Source: Dictyostelium discoideum
Taxonomy: Eukaryota
Assembly: GCA_000004695.1 (NCBI GenBank)
Contig: CM000154.2
Span: forward strand, 2,432,001-2,496,000
Direction of reading: 5' to 3'
DNA length: 64,000 bases
Below are positions 12,140-29,602 of the stretch, one piece after another. Under the pieces are notes generated by a model. It was not told where the DNA came from, ran no database searches, and saw only the letters and a list, made by a program, of their open reading frames with translations. The translations under genes and the position numbers were made by a program. The first letter of the stretch is position 1; each line of letters starts with the position of its first letter.

Positions 12140-13479
12140 ATGAATAAAGAAGCCAGTAATAATAATAATAGTGCACCAGACCCATATTATATATTAAGAG
12201 GACATAAATTTAATGTAAACTCAGTTTTATTTGATAAAGTCAATCCAAACTTACTGTATTCTGGGTATGAAATTGAAAAAACACACACACATTCATATTT
12301 AAGAAAACAATAAATTTATTTAAAAGGTATCACTAACAAATATAAAAACAAAACAAAAATTATTAACATTAACAATAATAACATTAAAAATAATATTAAT
12401 TATTATTACTATTATTATTATTATTATTTTTATAAAAATAGATCAGGAGATGGTGAATTAAAATTATGGAATATTGAAGAAAAGAAATGTATATCAACAC
12501 AAATAGCACATTCAGAAGGTATTGGAGGTGGTGTATTATCATTACAATGGTTATCAAATGATAATAATAATGAAAATAATAATAATAATGATGAAATTTG
12601 TGGTAATATATTAAGTCAAGGTAGAGATGGAGTTATTAAAATATGGAGTATAATTGATAATTGTACATTTAAAAACACATATAGATTAGAAACCAATTCA
12701 TTATCATTAGGTAAATGTTCAAGTTTATCATCTAATCTACTATCAATATCAGGTAGTGCTATTGATCCAACATCATCAACATCACAAGTTGAAATTTGGG
12801 ATTTAAAGAATAAACAAGTTATAAATAAATTAAAACCAAATAATCAACAATTATTTGAAAAATTAGGTTTACCAATGTCTTTAAAATTATATTATGAAAA
12901 TGAAAATAATGATAATAGCAATCAATCAAATGATCAAATTAGATTATGTACTGGTTATGAAAATGGTGAATTATTAATATGGGATTTAAGAAATACTTCA
13001 ATACCATTAGTATCTTCAAAATTACATAATGAACCAATCTTATCATTTGCATTATCAAATAATTCAACTAAAGGTATATCAGGTTCTGGTGATACAAATA
13101 TTATTGAATTTAATATAAATTATGAATCTGTAAATATTATTATTACAAAAATAAATTTATTATTATTTTTAATATTAATACTAATTTTATGTATATATTA
13201 ATAAAAAAATAGAAACAATTTAATATTACAAAAACTCATAAATTAAATAATGGTGGTATTTCAGAAATTAAAATTAGAAATGATGAAAAAATTTATGCAA
13301 CTGCTGGATGGGATAAAAGAATTAGAATTTTTAATTTTAAAAAGCAAACACCATTAGCAATTTTAAAATATCATACAGAAAGTGTTTATTCAATTGATTT
13401 TAATTCAAATAATATTTTAGCATCAGGTTCAAAAGATTGCAAAATAGCATTATGGGATATTTATACTACAAAGAAATAA
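12140..13479 (+). CDS. WD40-repeat protein. join(12140..12264,12442..13129,13213..13479).
   Basis: GTATGA donor at 12265 and acceptor AG at 12440-12441. GTAAAT donor at 13130 and acceptor AG at 13211-13212. The product has multiple WD signatures ([52 protein letters not shown]). Confidence 0.8.
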
Positions 13480-13520
13480 TAAACATATAAATAAATATAT
13501 TTATTTTTTATTTTTATTTT

Positions 13521-13532
13521 TTAAATAATATT

Positions 13533-13585
<53 letters not shown>

Positions 13586-15671
13586 TAAAATTTTTATTTT
13601 GACTATGAATAATCCTTTCATTACCATCATAATTCTTTTTTATATAAACTTGAATTGAAAATAAAGCTGAAGGTGTTATACCAGAGATTTTTGAAGCAGA
13701 AGAGAAATTTGTTGGACGAGCTTTTGATAGAATTTGTTTTGATTCTGTTGATAATTGAGAAATATCCCAATAGTTTAAAGATGGTGGTATTAATTGATTC
13801 TCTCTTTTACGTAGATTATTGAATTCAATAACATGTTTATCTACATAATTTGAATATTTACATTCACTATCAATGATTGATATATATAGTGGTGGTATTT
13901 TCTCCAAGAGATCAGTTGGTAAATAACGTTTAATCAAATTGAAATCAACATGTGGTCTTCTTAGAATTTCAAATAGTGATTTCTTTTCATGTACATTTTC
14001 AATACCACATTGGGTTAAATATTCTGATGGTGATTTTTTAATTTCTTTTAATTTACTGTAAACTTGATCTAGCAATGATTGTTTCTCTTTTAACGCTTGC
14101 AATTGGTGATTTGAGGCACTACCAAATTCAAATGCCTTTTCGGTTAATCTTTGGTCGGAATTATGAGCACGTAATGATATACGATACTCTGAACGACTTG
14201 TAAACATTCTATAAGGTTCAGTTACGCCCAATGTCACCAAATCATCGATTAATACGCCAATGTACCCCTCGGATCTGCTAATGATCATTGGGGGACGATT
14301 TTGATGGGAGAGACTTGCATTTATACCCGCGACAATACCTTGAGCACCTGCTTCCTCGTAACCAGTGGTACCGTTGATTTGACCGGCTAAAAACAGACCA
14401 CTGATTTTTTTAGTCTCCAATGTATGATTGAGTTCCCTTGGGTCTATATAATCATACTCTACGGCGTAGCCTGGTTTTAACATTTTCACATTCTCCAAGC
14501 CTGGTATGGTTTTTAAAAATTTCATTTGTACATCCTCTGGTAGGGAAATCGAGATACCGTTTGGGTAGATCACATCGGTGGTGTACCCCTCGGGCTCTAT
14601 CCACACTTGGTGGGTCTTGCCTTGGAATCGCTCGATCTTTGTCTCAATCGATGGGCAATAACGTGGGCCTAAACCTTTACCATCTTCACCCGACTCTAAT
14701 GCGGGTCTACTTGAAAGATTATCAATGATGATTTGATGAGACTCTTCAGTGGTTCTCGTCATAAAACATTTCAATTGTCTTTGATCATTCTTTACCTTAC
14801 TATTACTAAATGAGAATGGTAATGGTATCTCATCACCAACTTGCTCAACCATCACACTATAATCAATTGACTTACCATCCAATCTTGGTGGTGTACCAGT
14901 CTTTAATCTCCCCAATTCAAACCCTATCCTATTCAATGTCAATGATAATGCAGTGGCAGCTTTATCTCCCATTCTACCAGATGGTATTCGTTTATTACCA
15001 ATATGAATTATACCACCTAAAAATGTACCTGTAGTAATCACAACTTTCTTACATTTTATAATTTCACCATTATCCAAAATTATACCTTTAATTGTTTTTT
15101 TATTTTTACCATTGTCCCCTTCCTCTCCTCCTTCTTCTTCATCTAAAATTATATCTTCAACCATACCTTCTTTAATTGATAAATTACCACCATTGTCTTG
15201 AGTGATTTTCCATAATAAATTATGAATTGATTCTCTATATAATTCACGATCGATTTGAGCACGTGGACCATGTACTGCACTACCTTTACTTTGATTTAAA
15301 ACTTTAAATTGACAACCACTTTCATCAGCTGCCAAACCCATTATACCACCGATTGCATCGATCTCTCTAACTAAATTACCTTTACCAACACCACCAATAG
15401 ATGGATTACATGACATTACACCAATAGTATCAATACTTTGAGTTATCAATAATGTTTTACTACCAACTCTTGCTGAGGCTGCTGATGCTTCTGTACCTGC
15501 ATGTCCACCACCAATTACAATCACATCAAATTCTTTAATTTCATTTTCATTCTTTAATGGTGATTTAAATAATTTTTCATTAATTTTATTATTATTATTA
15601 TTATCATTATTATTGCTTTCTTCTTTTAAAATATTTGTTGAAAATAATCTTTTATTATTATTTATTATTGA

Positions 15672-15728
<57 letters not shown>

Positions 15729-15857
15729 TATTATTAAATTATTATTATTATAATAATTAATTATATTTTTATTAAAATAATAATTATTTAATAATATTTT
15801 ATTTTTATTTAATTTTAATGATTCTTTGAATATGTTTTTATTTAAACATTTTAACAT
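13521..15857 (-). CDS. Mitochondrial tRNA uridine 5-carboxymethylaminomethyl modification enzyme MnmG/GidA (MTO1 homolog).
   Basis: The 778-aa single exon has an FAD-binding N-terminus ([30 protein letters not shown]) and the conserved GidA core ([12 protein letters not shown]..., [27 protein letters not shown]). It carries an N-rich mitochondrial-type leader and a poly-Q C-terminus. Confidence 0.9.
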
Positions 15858-16282
15858 TTTTTCGTAAATTAATTAAAAAAAAAAAGTAAAAAAAAAAAAA
15901 TCACACTTGTCAGGTGTGGTGAATCGATTTTTCAAAGTATTTATTTTTTTTTTTTTAAATTTTTTTTTTTTTTTTTTTAATTTTTTTTAATTTTTTTTTT
16001 TTTTTTTTTTTTTTTTTCATTTTTAATTTAATATATTACAAATTCCATCTACATCCAAATTAACACATAAAAAAAATATAAAATAATAATAAAAAAAAAA
16101 CAATAATTTTATAAGCAATAAATATTTATTTACATATGTTTTATTATTAATATTATAATTTTTTATTTATATATATATATATTTTTTTTTTTAATGAACC
16201 AAAGTAAATAAAAAAAGTGTATATGACATTTTTTTTTTTTTTTAATAGATATATTAATATATATCAAATAAATAAATAAATA

Positions 16283-16856
16283 ATGTCATCACCATCAAAT
16301 TCATCACCTATTAAAATTGATTCTACAACGACAGCAGCAACAACAACAACACAAGGAAGTGGTAGTACAATTAATATTGAAACAGCAAATAAAAATGAAT
16401 TAATCGAATTTATAAAGAAACAAGCAATTCATATTAAAAAATATGAAAATAAATATTCAACAGTGATTGAAACTTATAAGAAATTAAAGAATGAAAATTT
16501 GGAATTAATTAAAAAGCAACAAAATCAAGAAGAAGAAATTTCATTATCAAAACAAACTTCAAATTCAATCATTGAATCATTACAATCTGAAATCAATAAA
16601 TTATCATCATCTTCAAATACTCTACAAAAAATGAAAGAACAAATTGAAGAGAATCTACAAAATAGATTTCAACATGAGAAATCATTATTTCAAGATGAAA
16701 TTAAATCATTACAATCTCAAAAACAAGATTTACAATTAAAATTACAAAATATTGAACAACAACATCAATTAGAATTACAACAACAACATCAAAAAATTCA
16801 ACAAGAATTTCAACAAGAAATTATAAAACAAAAACAAGATTTTGAAAATTTAATTC

Positions 16857-16906
<50 letters not shown>

Positions 16907-18566
16907 GATTTAAAACAAGAAGATCAACAACCAAAACAATTAAATAAACAATTAAATTATGATAGTGACTATTTAGAAAGTTTACCATTGGAGAAAAAGA
17001 TTAATATAATATTAGAAGAAGAAATAACAGAAGAAGATGAAGAAAAAGAAAATAAGAATAAAGAGGAAAAAAATATAAATAATTTAGTTGAAGCTGAAGA
17101 AGAAGAAGAAATTAATAATAGTGATAGTAATAATAATACAAAAGAATTTTATGAAAAATTTATAAATGAAAAAGAAAAAACAATTGAATTTTTAAATAAA
17201 CAAAAACAAGAGATTGAAGAAATGGTATTGGAATTTAAAGATGAAATTCAAAGTTTAAAGAAATTAAATCAAGATAAAGATATTGAATTGGAACAAGTTA
17301 AAGAGAATCTACAACAGATCGTTGAAAAGAATAATGTAACTAAAACTGAAATCATTAATAATAATGTACAAGCTGAAGAAGAGTTTACAATTCAAATCAA
17401 AAAGTTGGAGAATGAATTAGCTGAAAATAAATCTCTTTTAGAATTAAAGAATGATCAAATTGCAAAATTGAATACATATAGTGATGAGAAAATGGCGAAA
17501 TTAAAATCACTTTTACTTGGTGCTCAAAAACATGTTTCAGAACAAAAGAAACAAATCAATGACAAGTCCAATGAAATCTCACAATTGAAAGAAACAATTG
17601 AAAATTTAGATAAGAATCAATCAGAAAATGAATTACTTTCAAATGAATATGATGAAATGAAAAATAATTATGAATATAATTCTCAAAGAATTAAATTATT
17701 AGAATCTCAACTATCACAAACAAATCAATCATTATTATCAATTCAAAATGAATATAATGATTATAAAATTAAAGTTCATTATGCAATTAAAAAGAATCAA
17801 TTTGATGATGATGATAATGATGATGATGATGATGACGACGATGATAATAATAATAATAATAACAAAAATGATAAAGATAAAATAAATCAAGATGATAATA
17901 ATCAAAAAGAAAATGATAATTTAGAAAATAATAATGATCAAAATGATGAAAATTTAAATAATTTAGAAAATGACAATCTAAAAAATATCAACAATAATCA
18001 AATCATTGAAAATTTAAAGAATACATTTGAAATTGAAAAGAATCAGTTAAATGAAACCATTCAATCATTATCAGATCAAGAGAAACTATATAAAAAAGAG
18101 ATTTCAAAGATTACTGATCAATATGAAGATTCAAAAGATAATATAATAATTTTAAATTCAAAGATTCAAAATTTAAATCAAATTATTGAAACTTTAAAAG
18201 ATGATTTAAGTCAACAACAACAACAGCAACAACAACAAATAACACAAACAAAACAAGATCAACCAATAGAAAATAATAATAAAATTAATAATAACAATAA
18301 TAACGATAGTGATAATAATAATAATAATGATAATAATAATAATAAGGTTGAACAAATTAAATTAACATATGAAAATGAAATTAAATTAAAAGAAGAGAAA
18401 TATATTGAATTACAATCACAAATGAATTTATTTAAAAAAACAAATAATTCTGTTTTGAGAGAAAAAGATAAACAATTACAAGATCAAAAGAAACAAATCG
18501 AATCTTTAATAGAGGATTTGGAATCATTTAAAAATAGTAATAATAATAATAATAGTAATATTAACA

Positions 18567-18604
<38 letters not shown>

Positions 18605-19363
18605 TTAACAACAACCACAACTACAACTACAACATCTACCATTAGTCCAGTTACTAGTGAAAACTATAATAAATTATCACCATATTCATTATCAAATGAA
18701 AATGAAGTTTTTAATAATGATAGTGATAATGAAAAAATTGATGATATTAATAAATTTAATCTTGAAAATTTAATTAATTTTAATTCAACAAATAATTCAA
18801 TTTATAATAATAATAGTAATAATAATAATAATAGTAATAATAATAATAATAACAATAATAGTGGTAATAGATATATAAATAAAATTAGAAAACCAATTAA
18901 TTATATGGGTAATAATACAGATAATAATAATAATAATGATTTAAATGGTATAATTGAAATGGTGAAATCTGATAAAACTCCAACAGAAGTTGAGAATCTT
19001 TTACAAAATTTTGCAAGTAAACAAGCTGGAAGGGATGAGGAATTAAGAAAATGTCAAATTGAAATCAATAAATTAAAATACCTATTAGAAGAAAGTGAAT
19101 CAAATGAACAAAGACATCTTGAACAAGAGAAAGTATTAAAAGAAGAAATTAGAAGTTTAGAAAGAAACGTTAACTTGGGTAACCTTCAACCAATGTATTT
19201 AAAGAATATATTATTAAAATTCATCGAAACTGATGATAGTGATTCTTTATTACCCGTATTAACAACTGTTATGCAATTCACTCCTGATGAAGTTAAACGT
19301 GCCACTGACGCTGTGAAAGCTAGGAAAAAAGATAATAATTATTGGAAAGTTAAATTATTTTAA
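16283..19363 (+). CDS. GRIP-domain coiled-coil golgin (1026 aa).
   Basis: Long heptad-rich, poly-Q/N/D body. The C-terminus matches the GRIP domain: ...LQPMYLKNILLKFIETDDSDSLLPVLTTVMQFTPDEVK... with an invariant Tyr. Confidence 0.8.
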
Positions 19364-19918
19364 AAATAATAAAAACAAAAATATTTATATACATTATAAA
19401 TTATTTATATTAAAATAAATAATTATTGTCTGTTTTTTTTTTTTTTTTTTTTTAAACCACTAAATCGGTCCCCGAGTATTAATTTAAAATAAATTTAATT
19501 TTGGTGTTATCAACACTTAATAAAATATAAATAATTATTTATGTTTTTAATTTAAAAAAAATCTATTTTTATTTTGTATTTTTAAATTTTTTATTATTAT
19601 TATCTGTTTTTTATTTTTTTTTTATTTTTTAATTCCAAAAATAATAGATACAGATATTTGATCACTCAAATTTTTATTATTTTTTATTTTTATTTTTTTT
19701 TATATTTATTTTTTTTATTTTATTTTCATACCAAATTTGTTAATTAATTTTATTTAATTTCATATTTTATTTTTTTTTTTTTTTCCAACAGATTCACTAG
19801 TTAAAATAAAACAAAATAAAAAAAATATTAAAGATTAACAAAATAAATTTTCATTAATTATTTTCTTTTTATTCAACATTAATTATTTTAAAAATTGTTT
19901 AAATAATATATTATAAAA

Positions 19919-20870
19919 ATGGTAAAAGGAAAGAGTAAAAAAGTAGTAACCTCAACGATTCAAGAAGAAAATGTCTCAAAAGAACCATTGGCTCCAATTG
20001 TCCCAATTGTTCCTGACATTTTAAGGAATGAAGAAGAATTGGTTTTTATTGAAATAGAGAAAAGAGATAAAAATGAAATAGTTAATGTTCCAATAACACA
20101 AACAAATCCAGTTGTTCAAACAAATAACAAAACCAATAATAAAAATAATATTAATAATAACAATAATAATAATAATAACAATAATAATAATAATATTAAT
20201 AATAATAATAAAAATAATAAAGTAAAGAAAACAACCACAACAACAAAAAAAAATAACGAAAAATCAAATGAAAAACAAAAGAGTGTAAAATTTGCAAATA
20301 AAATAAATGAGTCTCGTTCAGCTCGTGCTGATTTAACATTTCCAGTTTCTCGTATTGAAAAAATGATTAGAGAAGGAAGATTTGTATGTATATATTTATA
20401 TATATTCCCATAAAAAAAATAAATATTTTTCAATTTTAATACTAATTTATTTTAATTTTCTATATATATTTCAGACCAAACGTTGTTCATCAGATGCTCC
20501 TGTATTTTTAGCAGCTGTTTTAGAATATTTAACTTTGGAAATATTAGAACTTTCAATTACATATGCAAATCAAAAAAATAAAACAAGAATTACACCACAA
20601 CATATTCATTTATCGATTTGTTGTGATGCAGAATTGAATGATTTATTAAAAAGTAAGTTTTTTTTTATTTAATATATTTTCTTAATGTTTACTAACTAAA
20701 TTAATATTATAATCAATAAATTTTAAATAGATGTTACAATTGCCAATGGTGGTGTTCCAAAATTTATTCATCCTATTTTATTGGACACACCTAAAAAAAA
20801 AGGTCATCAACAAAATATGAATGAAAATGATATTTCAAAAGAAAAAGATATAAAATCAAGTAAAAATTAA
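19919..20870 (+). CDS. Histone H2A variant with an N-rich N-terminal extension. join(19919..20383,20475..20652,20731..20870).
   Basis: The spliced core reads [51 protein letters not shown]...NKTRITPQHIHLSICCDAELNDLLK|N VTIANGGVPKFIHPILL. This aligns with the canonical H2A fold ([14 protein letters not shown]...[12 protein letters not shown]...[32 protein letters not shown]). Donors are GTATGT and GTAAGT. Confidence 0.8.
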
Positions 20871-21089
20871 ACCACCATCTAAATAGATTTATCATATATT
20901 TTTTCTTTTTTTTTTTTTTTATGTAAATAATTTTTAAAAAACAAATAAAATAAACAAAAAAATTAAAATTTTTTAAAAAAAAAACCTATTATTTTATTAT
21001 GTACATTGTTATAAAATATATTATTATTATTACTATTATTATTATTATATATTTAGTTGATTATTATTTATTATTATTTATTAATAAAA

Positions 21090-21879
21090 TTATTTTTTAA
21101 ATTCTTTAATTAAATATTTAATAGTTTGAGAAGATGACATATCAATTGGAGTTTTACTATCTTTATTTTCAATTGTTGTATCAGCACCATGTTTCAATAA
21201 ACATTCAACAACATCCTCATGATTGTATTCAGCAGCAATATGTAATGGTGTATCACCTTCATTATTTGTTGAATTTATATTTGCTTCACCTTTTAATAAT
21301 CTTTCAACTGTTGCAACTGAACCATTTGATGAAGCTCTATGAATTGGTGCTGATCCTGTATCATCTTTTCTATTCTTTGCTCCATGTGTTAATAATAAAT
21401 CAACAATATCTGATCTACCTTTTGATGATGCCTAAAAATAATAAATAAAAATTAATAAAATAAAATAAAATAAAATAAAATAAAATAAAATAAATAAAAT
21501 AAATAAATAGATAGATACATACATAATGTAATGGAGTTCTTTTTGAATCATTTACAGTGTTTGGATCAGCACCAAATTCTAATAATAATTTAACCATATG
21601 AGTATGACCAGCAGAGGTAGCACTGGTAAGAGGTGTCCAACCACCATCATCATTTGTATTTGGTGAACATTTACAATTATCCATTAAATATTGAGCTACT
21701 GATATTTGACCTTTTGCAGCTGCCCAATGTAATGGTGTTCTTTCATCTTCATCCTTACAATCTGCTTTAACACCTTGATTCTCGATTAAATCTTTAACTT
21801 CTAATAATTTACCAACTTTAACAAATTCTAATAAATCATCCTCTTTTGTACCACCAGTTCTAAATTTTGTTCCTGACAT
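21090..21879 (-). CDS. Ankyrin-repeat protein, gankyrin/PSMD10-like (~232 aa). complement(join(21090..21431,21523..21879)).
   Basis: GTATGT donor after ...TPLHY (21522-21521) and acceptor ttAG (21433-21432). The product has 6-7 ankyrin repeats (TPLHWAAAKGQ..., GWTPLTSATSAGH..., TPLHYASSKGRSDIVDLLL..., APIHRASSNGSVATVERLL..., DTPLHIAAEYNHEDVVECLL...). Confidence 0.75.
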
Positions 21880-22070
21880 TTTATTAATTATTTATTATTT
21901 AAATATATATTTATCTATTTATTTATTTATGTGTGTGGGTATTTAAATTAAAATAATAATAAAAAAAAAAAAAAAAAAAAAGTTATGTTCATTTTTTTTT
22001 TTTTTTTTTTTTTTTTTTCTAATTTTTTTTTTTTTTTTTTTAATTTTTAAATTTTAAAAAACAAAAGAAT

Positions 22071-23111
<1,041 letters not shown>

Positions 23112-23466
23112 ATAGAAAAAAAAAAAAAAAAAAGAAAAAAACTGATCACCTTCAATTCCTTTTTAAAATATCTGTAATAAAAAAAAAAACTACTAAATTA
23201 TTAATTTATTCTCCAAATCAAACTCTTTCTTTTTTTTTTTTTTTTTCAAACCTCCAATAAAAACTTCACTTTTATTGGAAAAAAAAAAAAAAACCAATAA
23301 ATAAAAATAAAAATAAAAATAAATCAAAAATAAAATAAAAAAAAAAAAAATGTAACTTCCTTTTTTTTTTATTTTTTTTTTATTTTATCTTTATCAATCA
23401 AAAACTTAAACACAATTTAAAAATAAAAAAAAAAAAATAAAAATAAAAATAAAAAAAAAAAAAAAA

Positions 23467-24419
23467 ATGAAAAGCAATGGTCATCCCTCAAATAATTCTA
23501 TAAACGAACCAATAAAGCAACAAGAAACAAAACAAAACAATAAATCCAGTCATAAAACTCCACATAAGCCACCATATTTAGCCCGAGCAAAATTTCAACC
23601 AAAAACATCCTCTTTTTCAAATTCTTCATTTCAATCATCAACTCCACCCAAACCACAGATTGCATTAAAATCCCCATCACCATCACCATCTCAACCAAAA
23701 ACATCCTCATCTTCATATTCTTCATTGTCATCCCCATCACCATCTCAACCAAAAACATCCTCTCCTTCATTACCATCATCAACTCCACCCAAACCACGAC
23801 AAATTGCATTAAAATCCCCATCATCATCATCATCATCTCAACCAAAAACATCCTCTTCTTCATATTCTTCATTACCATCATCGACTCCACCCAAACCACA
23901 GCATATTGAATTAAAATCCCCATCAACTGTTAAGAAATCACCAATTGTAAAGAAAACTAACTCCCCAAAAGGATCTAAATTTAAAAAAACAATTCGTTCA
24001 AGTCGTTCTACTCGTGCAGGGTTAACAATTTCAGTTTCCAGAGTTGAGAAATTATTACGAGGAAGAAGATACGTAAGTATTTATTATTTTTATTATTTTT
24101 TTATTTATTATTATATTAACTTTAATTTTTTTTTTTTTAAAATCAATCTCATAAATATTATAAGAGTAAAAGAGTTAGTCCAACTTCATGTGTTTTTTTA
24201 GCAGCTGTTTTGGAATATATGGTACTTGAATTATTGGAGTTATCTCTAAATGAACTTAGTCTTTCCAAAAAATCAAGAAGGATTAAGAATAGACATATTA
24301 ACCTTTCTATTTTAAAAGACGTTGAGCTCAGTGCTCTATTAAATGACGTTATAATTTGTAGTGGTGGTGTTTTATCCTCTATTCATCCAAGTTTACTAAA
24401 ACTAAAAAAAGATCAATAA
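23467..24419 (+). CDS. Histone H2A-fold variant with a long Ser/Pro/Lys-rich N-terminal tail. join(23467..24072,24165..24419).
   Basis: GTAAGT donor after ...LLRGRRY (24073) and acceptor AG 24163-24164. The core reads [52 protein letters not shown]...RRIKNRHINLSILKDVELSALLNDVIICSGGV. The first ~175 aa consist of repeated units KSPSPSPSQPKTSSSSYSSL(S/P)SSTPPKP(Q/R). Confidence 0.75.
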
Positions 24420-24762
24420 ACATCAATAATGATAAAAAATAATTTTTCTGGAAAATGAATGTTCATTTAAGTATAACTTTTTTTTTTCAGAAAAAAAAAA
24501 AAAAGTAAATTCTGTAAAGTATTCAAAATAATAATAATAATAATAATAATAATGATAAAAATAAAACATATGAAGATATTTCAAATAAAAAAAATGGTGG
24601 GGTCAATGTTTTTTCAATAATTATTTTAATTTCTGTGTGGTTTGAAGATAGTAAAATAATTTTTTTTTTTTTTTATTTCATTCTATTTTTATCTTTTTTT
24701 TTTTTTTTTTAATTAAAAAAAATAAAATATATAATAAATTAATTAAAATTAATTTTTATAAT

Positions 24763-25653
24763 ATGGATAAAGAAAAAACAATTAGAATTTTATATCCTCA
24801 ATGGCAAGGAGGAAATAATAGATTATATCCACTTGGATCAAAATTATTAGAATGGTTAGCACCAGAAAGTAAATTAAAATTAATAACTATTCCAGTAAAG
24901 GAACCACCAATATCAGAAAAAGAATTTAAACAAGTTAAATTAGAGAATGGTATTGTTTATAGAAAGGATATAATTGAATCAATGATAGAAGCAAGAAAAA
25001 TTATTGAAAATGAAAATCCTGATAAAATAGTTGTTTTTGGTGGTGATTGTTTAGTTAGTCAAATTCCATTTGATTGGATAAATGAAAAATATAATAATAA
25101 TGTTGGTATTTTATGGCTTGATACACATCCAGATGTTAAAACACCAAATGATTATACAAATTCACATGCAATGGTACTCGGTAATATATTAGGCGAAGGT
25201 GATAAAGAATTGTCATCTTTAATGAAATCAAAATTCTCTCCAAAAAAGGTAATGTATGGTGGATTAGTTGAAAAAGGTTTAACAGATCAAGAGATTGATG
25301 TAATTAATAGATTTAAATTAAGAATTGCTTCACCTGAATCTTTAAAAGATAATAGTGAATTAATTGAAAATTGGATAAAAGATGAAAATATTACAAATAT
25401 TGCAATTCATTTAGATTTAGATGTTTTAAATCCAGATTTATTTAGAGCTTTATTATTTGCTGATCCAATGCCGGAATTTAATTGGAGAGAAAATGTTCCA
25501 TTTGGTAAAATGACTCTAAATCAAATTTCAAGAGTAATTAATGATGTTTCTTCAAAATCAAATGTGGTTTGTCTATCAATATGTGAACATTTACCATATG
25601 ATGCTTCTAATCTTCAAAAAATGTTGGCATCAATTCCAATTTTAAATGAATAA
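24763..25653 (+). CDS. Arginase-family ureohydrolase (arginase/agmatinase/formimidoylglutamase superfamily).
   Basis: The single exon carries the three Mn-binding motifs of the family: GGDCLVS (GGDHS-type), LWLDTHPD (DAHxD-type) and IHLDLDVLNPD (SxDxDxxDP-type). Confidence 0.8.
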   Translation: MDKEKTIRILYPQWQGGNNRLYPLGSKLLEWLAPESKLKLITIPVKEPPISEKEFKQVKLENGIVYRKDIIESMIEARKIIENENPDKIVVFGGDCLVSQIPFDWINEKYNNNVGILWLDTHPDVKTPNDYTNSHAMVLGNILGEGDKELSSLMKSKFSPKKVMYGGLVEKGLTDQEIDVINRFKLRIASPESLKDNSELIENWIKDENITNIAIHLDLDVLNPDLFRALLFADPMPEFNWRENVPFGKMTLNQISRVINDVSSKSNVVCLSICEHLPYDASNLQKMLASIPILNE

Positions 25654-25889
25654 TTTAATTATTTTTTTTTTCTTTTTATATATAAAAAGTAAAAAAAAAA
25701 AAACCAAATGTAGTAAATAAAAATAATTTTAAAAATAATTATTTGAATTTATTCTTATTTTTTATTTATATTAATTTATTGTTTTTTATTTATTTTATTT
25801 TTTTTAGTATAAATTATGAAAATAAAAAAAATAAATTTAGTTTTTTAAAATTAAAAAAAAAAAAAAAAGAAAGAAAGAAAAGAAATAAA

Positions 25890-26267
25890 ATGAAAAGAAA
25901 TAATAATTTAATAATACCACTACTAAAGATTAAAAAACTTTTAAAAAGAAAAGGATGTAAACGTATTCAAAATTCTGCATTAGTATTCTTTTCAAAAGTA
26001 TTACAATATTTAATTGAAGAGCTATTAGAGATTAGTATGAATGTTTCAATTTTAAATAAAACAAAGAAATATAGAATTAAACCAAAAGATATAAGTTGGA
26101 GTATTCAATCTGATCCAGAATTTAATTTATTATTTAGAAATATTATAATTCCATCATCAGGAAGAATTTCAAATAAATTGAATAGAATTATACAAAGATC
26201 ATTTAAATTTAAATCATTCAAATTTGATGACTATGAAAAATCAGATTATTCTTCAAAAACATTTTAA
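25890..26267 (+). CDS. Divergent H2A-like histone-fold protein (~125 aa).
   Basis: IPLLKIKKLLKRKGCKRIQNSALVFFSKVLQYLIEELLEISMNVSILNKTKKYRIKPKDISWSIQSDPEFNLLF is collinear with the H2A core ([73 protein letters not shown]). The real ATG is at 25890 within track ORF 25743..26267. Confidence 0.55.
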   Translation: MKRNNNLIIPLLKIKKLLKRKGCKRIQNSALVFFSKVLQYLIEELLEISMNVSILNKTKKYRIKPKDISWSIQSDPEFNLLFRNIIIPSSGRISNKLNRIIQRSFKFKSFKFDDYEKSDYSSKTF

Positions 26268-26396
26268 ATTAATTAATTTATAAATAAACAATTGATTTTA
26301 TTTATTTATTTATTTTTTAGTTATAAATTTAATTGTTATTATCTTCTTTTTTTTTTTTTTTCTTTTTTTTTTCTTTTTTTTTTTTAATGATTTTTA

Positions 26397-28455
<2,059 letters not shown>

Positions 28456-28642
28456 TACACTATCTAATGAAAATGTTGATTTAATTGATGTTGATTGTAA
28501 TTTACTTTAAATTTTTTTTTTTTTTTTTTTTTTTTATTATTATTATTTGGGTCCAATGGTTGATTGAGGTAATAACGAAAATGGTTGATTGAGGTGAAGA
28601 TGGTAATTGTGATAATTTTAAAAAATAAAAACAATAATATTT

Positions 28643-28673
<31 letters not shown>

Positions 28674-28933
28674 GAAAATAAAAATATTAATAACCCAAAA
28701 AAAAAAAAAAAAACCAAATATATTGTGTAATTTATTTATATTTATTTTATTTATATATATATTTATTTATTTATTTATTTATTCAAAAAAAATGAAATTT
28801 AATTATTACCCATGTTGACTTTGGTCAATGTCACCTAAGATTGATGATAATGGATCATCATCTTGTTTACTTTTTTTATTTGGCCCATTCGAATCATTAT
28901 TTGAACGTTTCATTGAATTTTATTGTTCTTTTA

Positions 28934-28964
<31 letters not shown>

Positions 28965-29602
28965 GCTATTTATATTTTATTTATGTGATTCGCTATGTTG
29001 CTTTTGTTATTTATTAATATTATTTGTTTGGTATTTTTTTATTTTCTTTCTTTTTTTTTTTTTTTAATAAATAATTCTAACCCAATAATAAAACAAAATA
29101 TTTGTAATTAATTAGGAGAGAGCAAGTAAAATGCAAACAAATACACACACCAAACAGATATTTAAAAATAATAAAAATGAATTTTTAAAAAATTCCTAAA
29201 AATTTAAAACAAAAAAAAAAAAAAAAAAAAATTGAAAAAATAAAAAAAAATAAAAAAAATAAAATAGTAAAAAAAAAAAAAACTATATTTATCTATAAAA
29301 TTTTTTGTTTATTATTTATTTATTAATAAAAGAGCTATTTATTGTTTGATCACTTTATGGTGTTTTTTTTTTCTTATACCAAATAAAAAAAAAAAATAAA
29401 AAATAAAAAATAAAAAAAAATAAAAAATAGAAAATAAATAAATTAATTTTGTGCATCAATTGTTTAAGCCAAAAAAAAGACTAAAAATAAATAATGATAA
29501 AGAAGTTTTAATTTTTTTTTTATTTTTTTAAATTTTTTTTTATTTTTTTTTTTTTTATTTTTTTTATTAATATTTATATATAAAAAATTTTAATTAATAA
29601 AT

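Noticed and set aside
12875-13201. Stand-alone ORF ending in a hydrophobic tail (…[17 protein letters not shown]).
   Set aside because: The tail is intron read-through (GTAAAT donor at 13130); the ORF is the middle exon of the WD40 gene.
23498-23926. Minus-strand 142-aa Met-rich ORF.
   Set aside because: It is antisense to the Ser/Pro/Lys-repeat tail of the H2A-fold gene; repetitive sense codons give an open antisense frame. Likewise 960..1214(-), 14438..14728(+), 14810..15034(+), 37798..38004(-), 43579..43885(-), 30402..30659(+) and 29782..29970(+) are antisense or out-of-frame shadows of confidently assigned genes.
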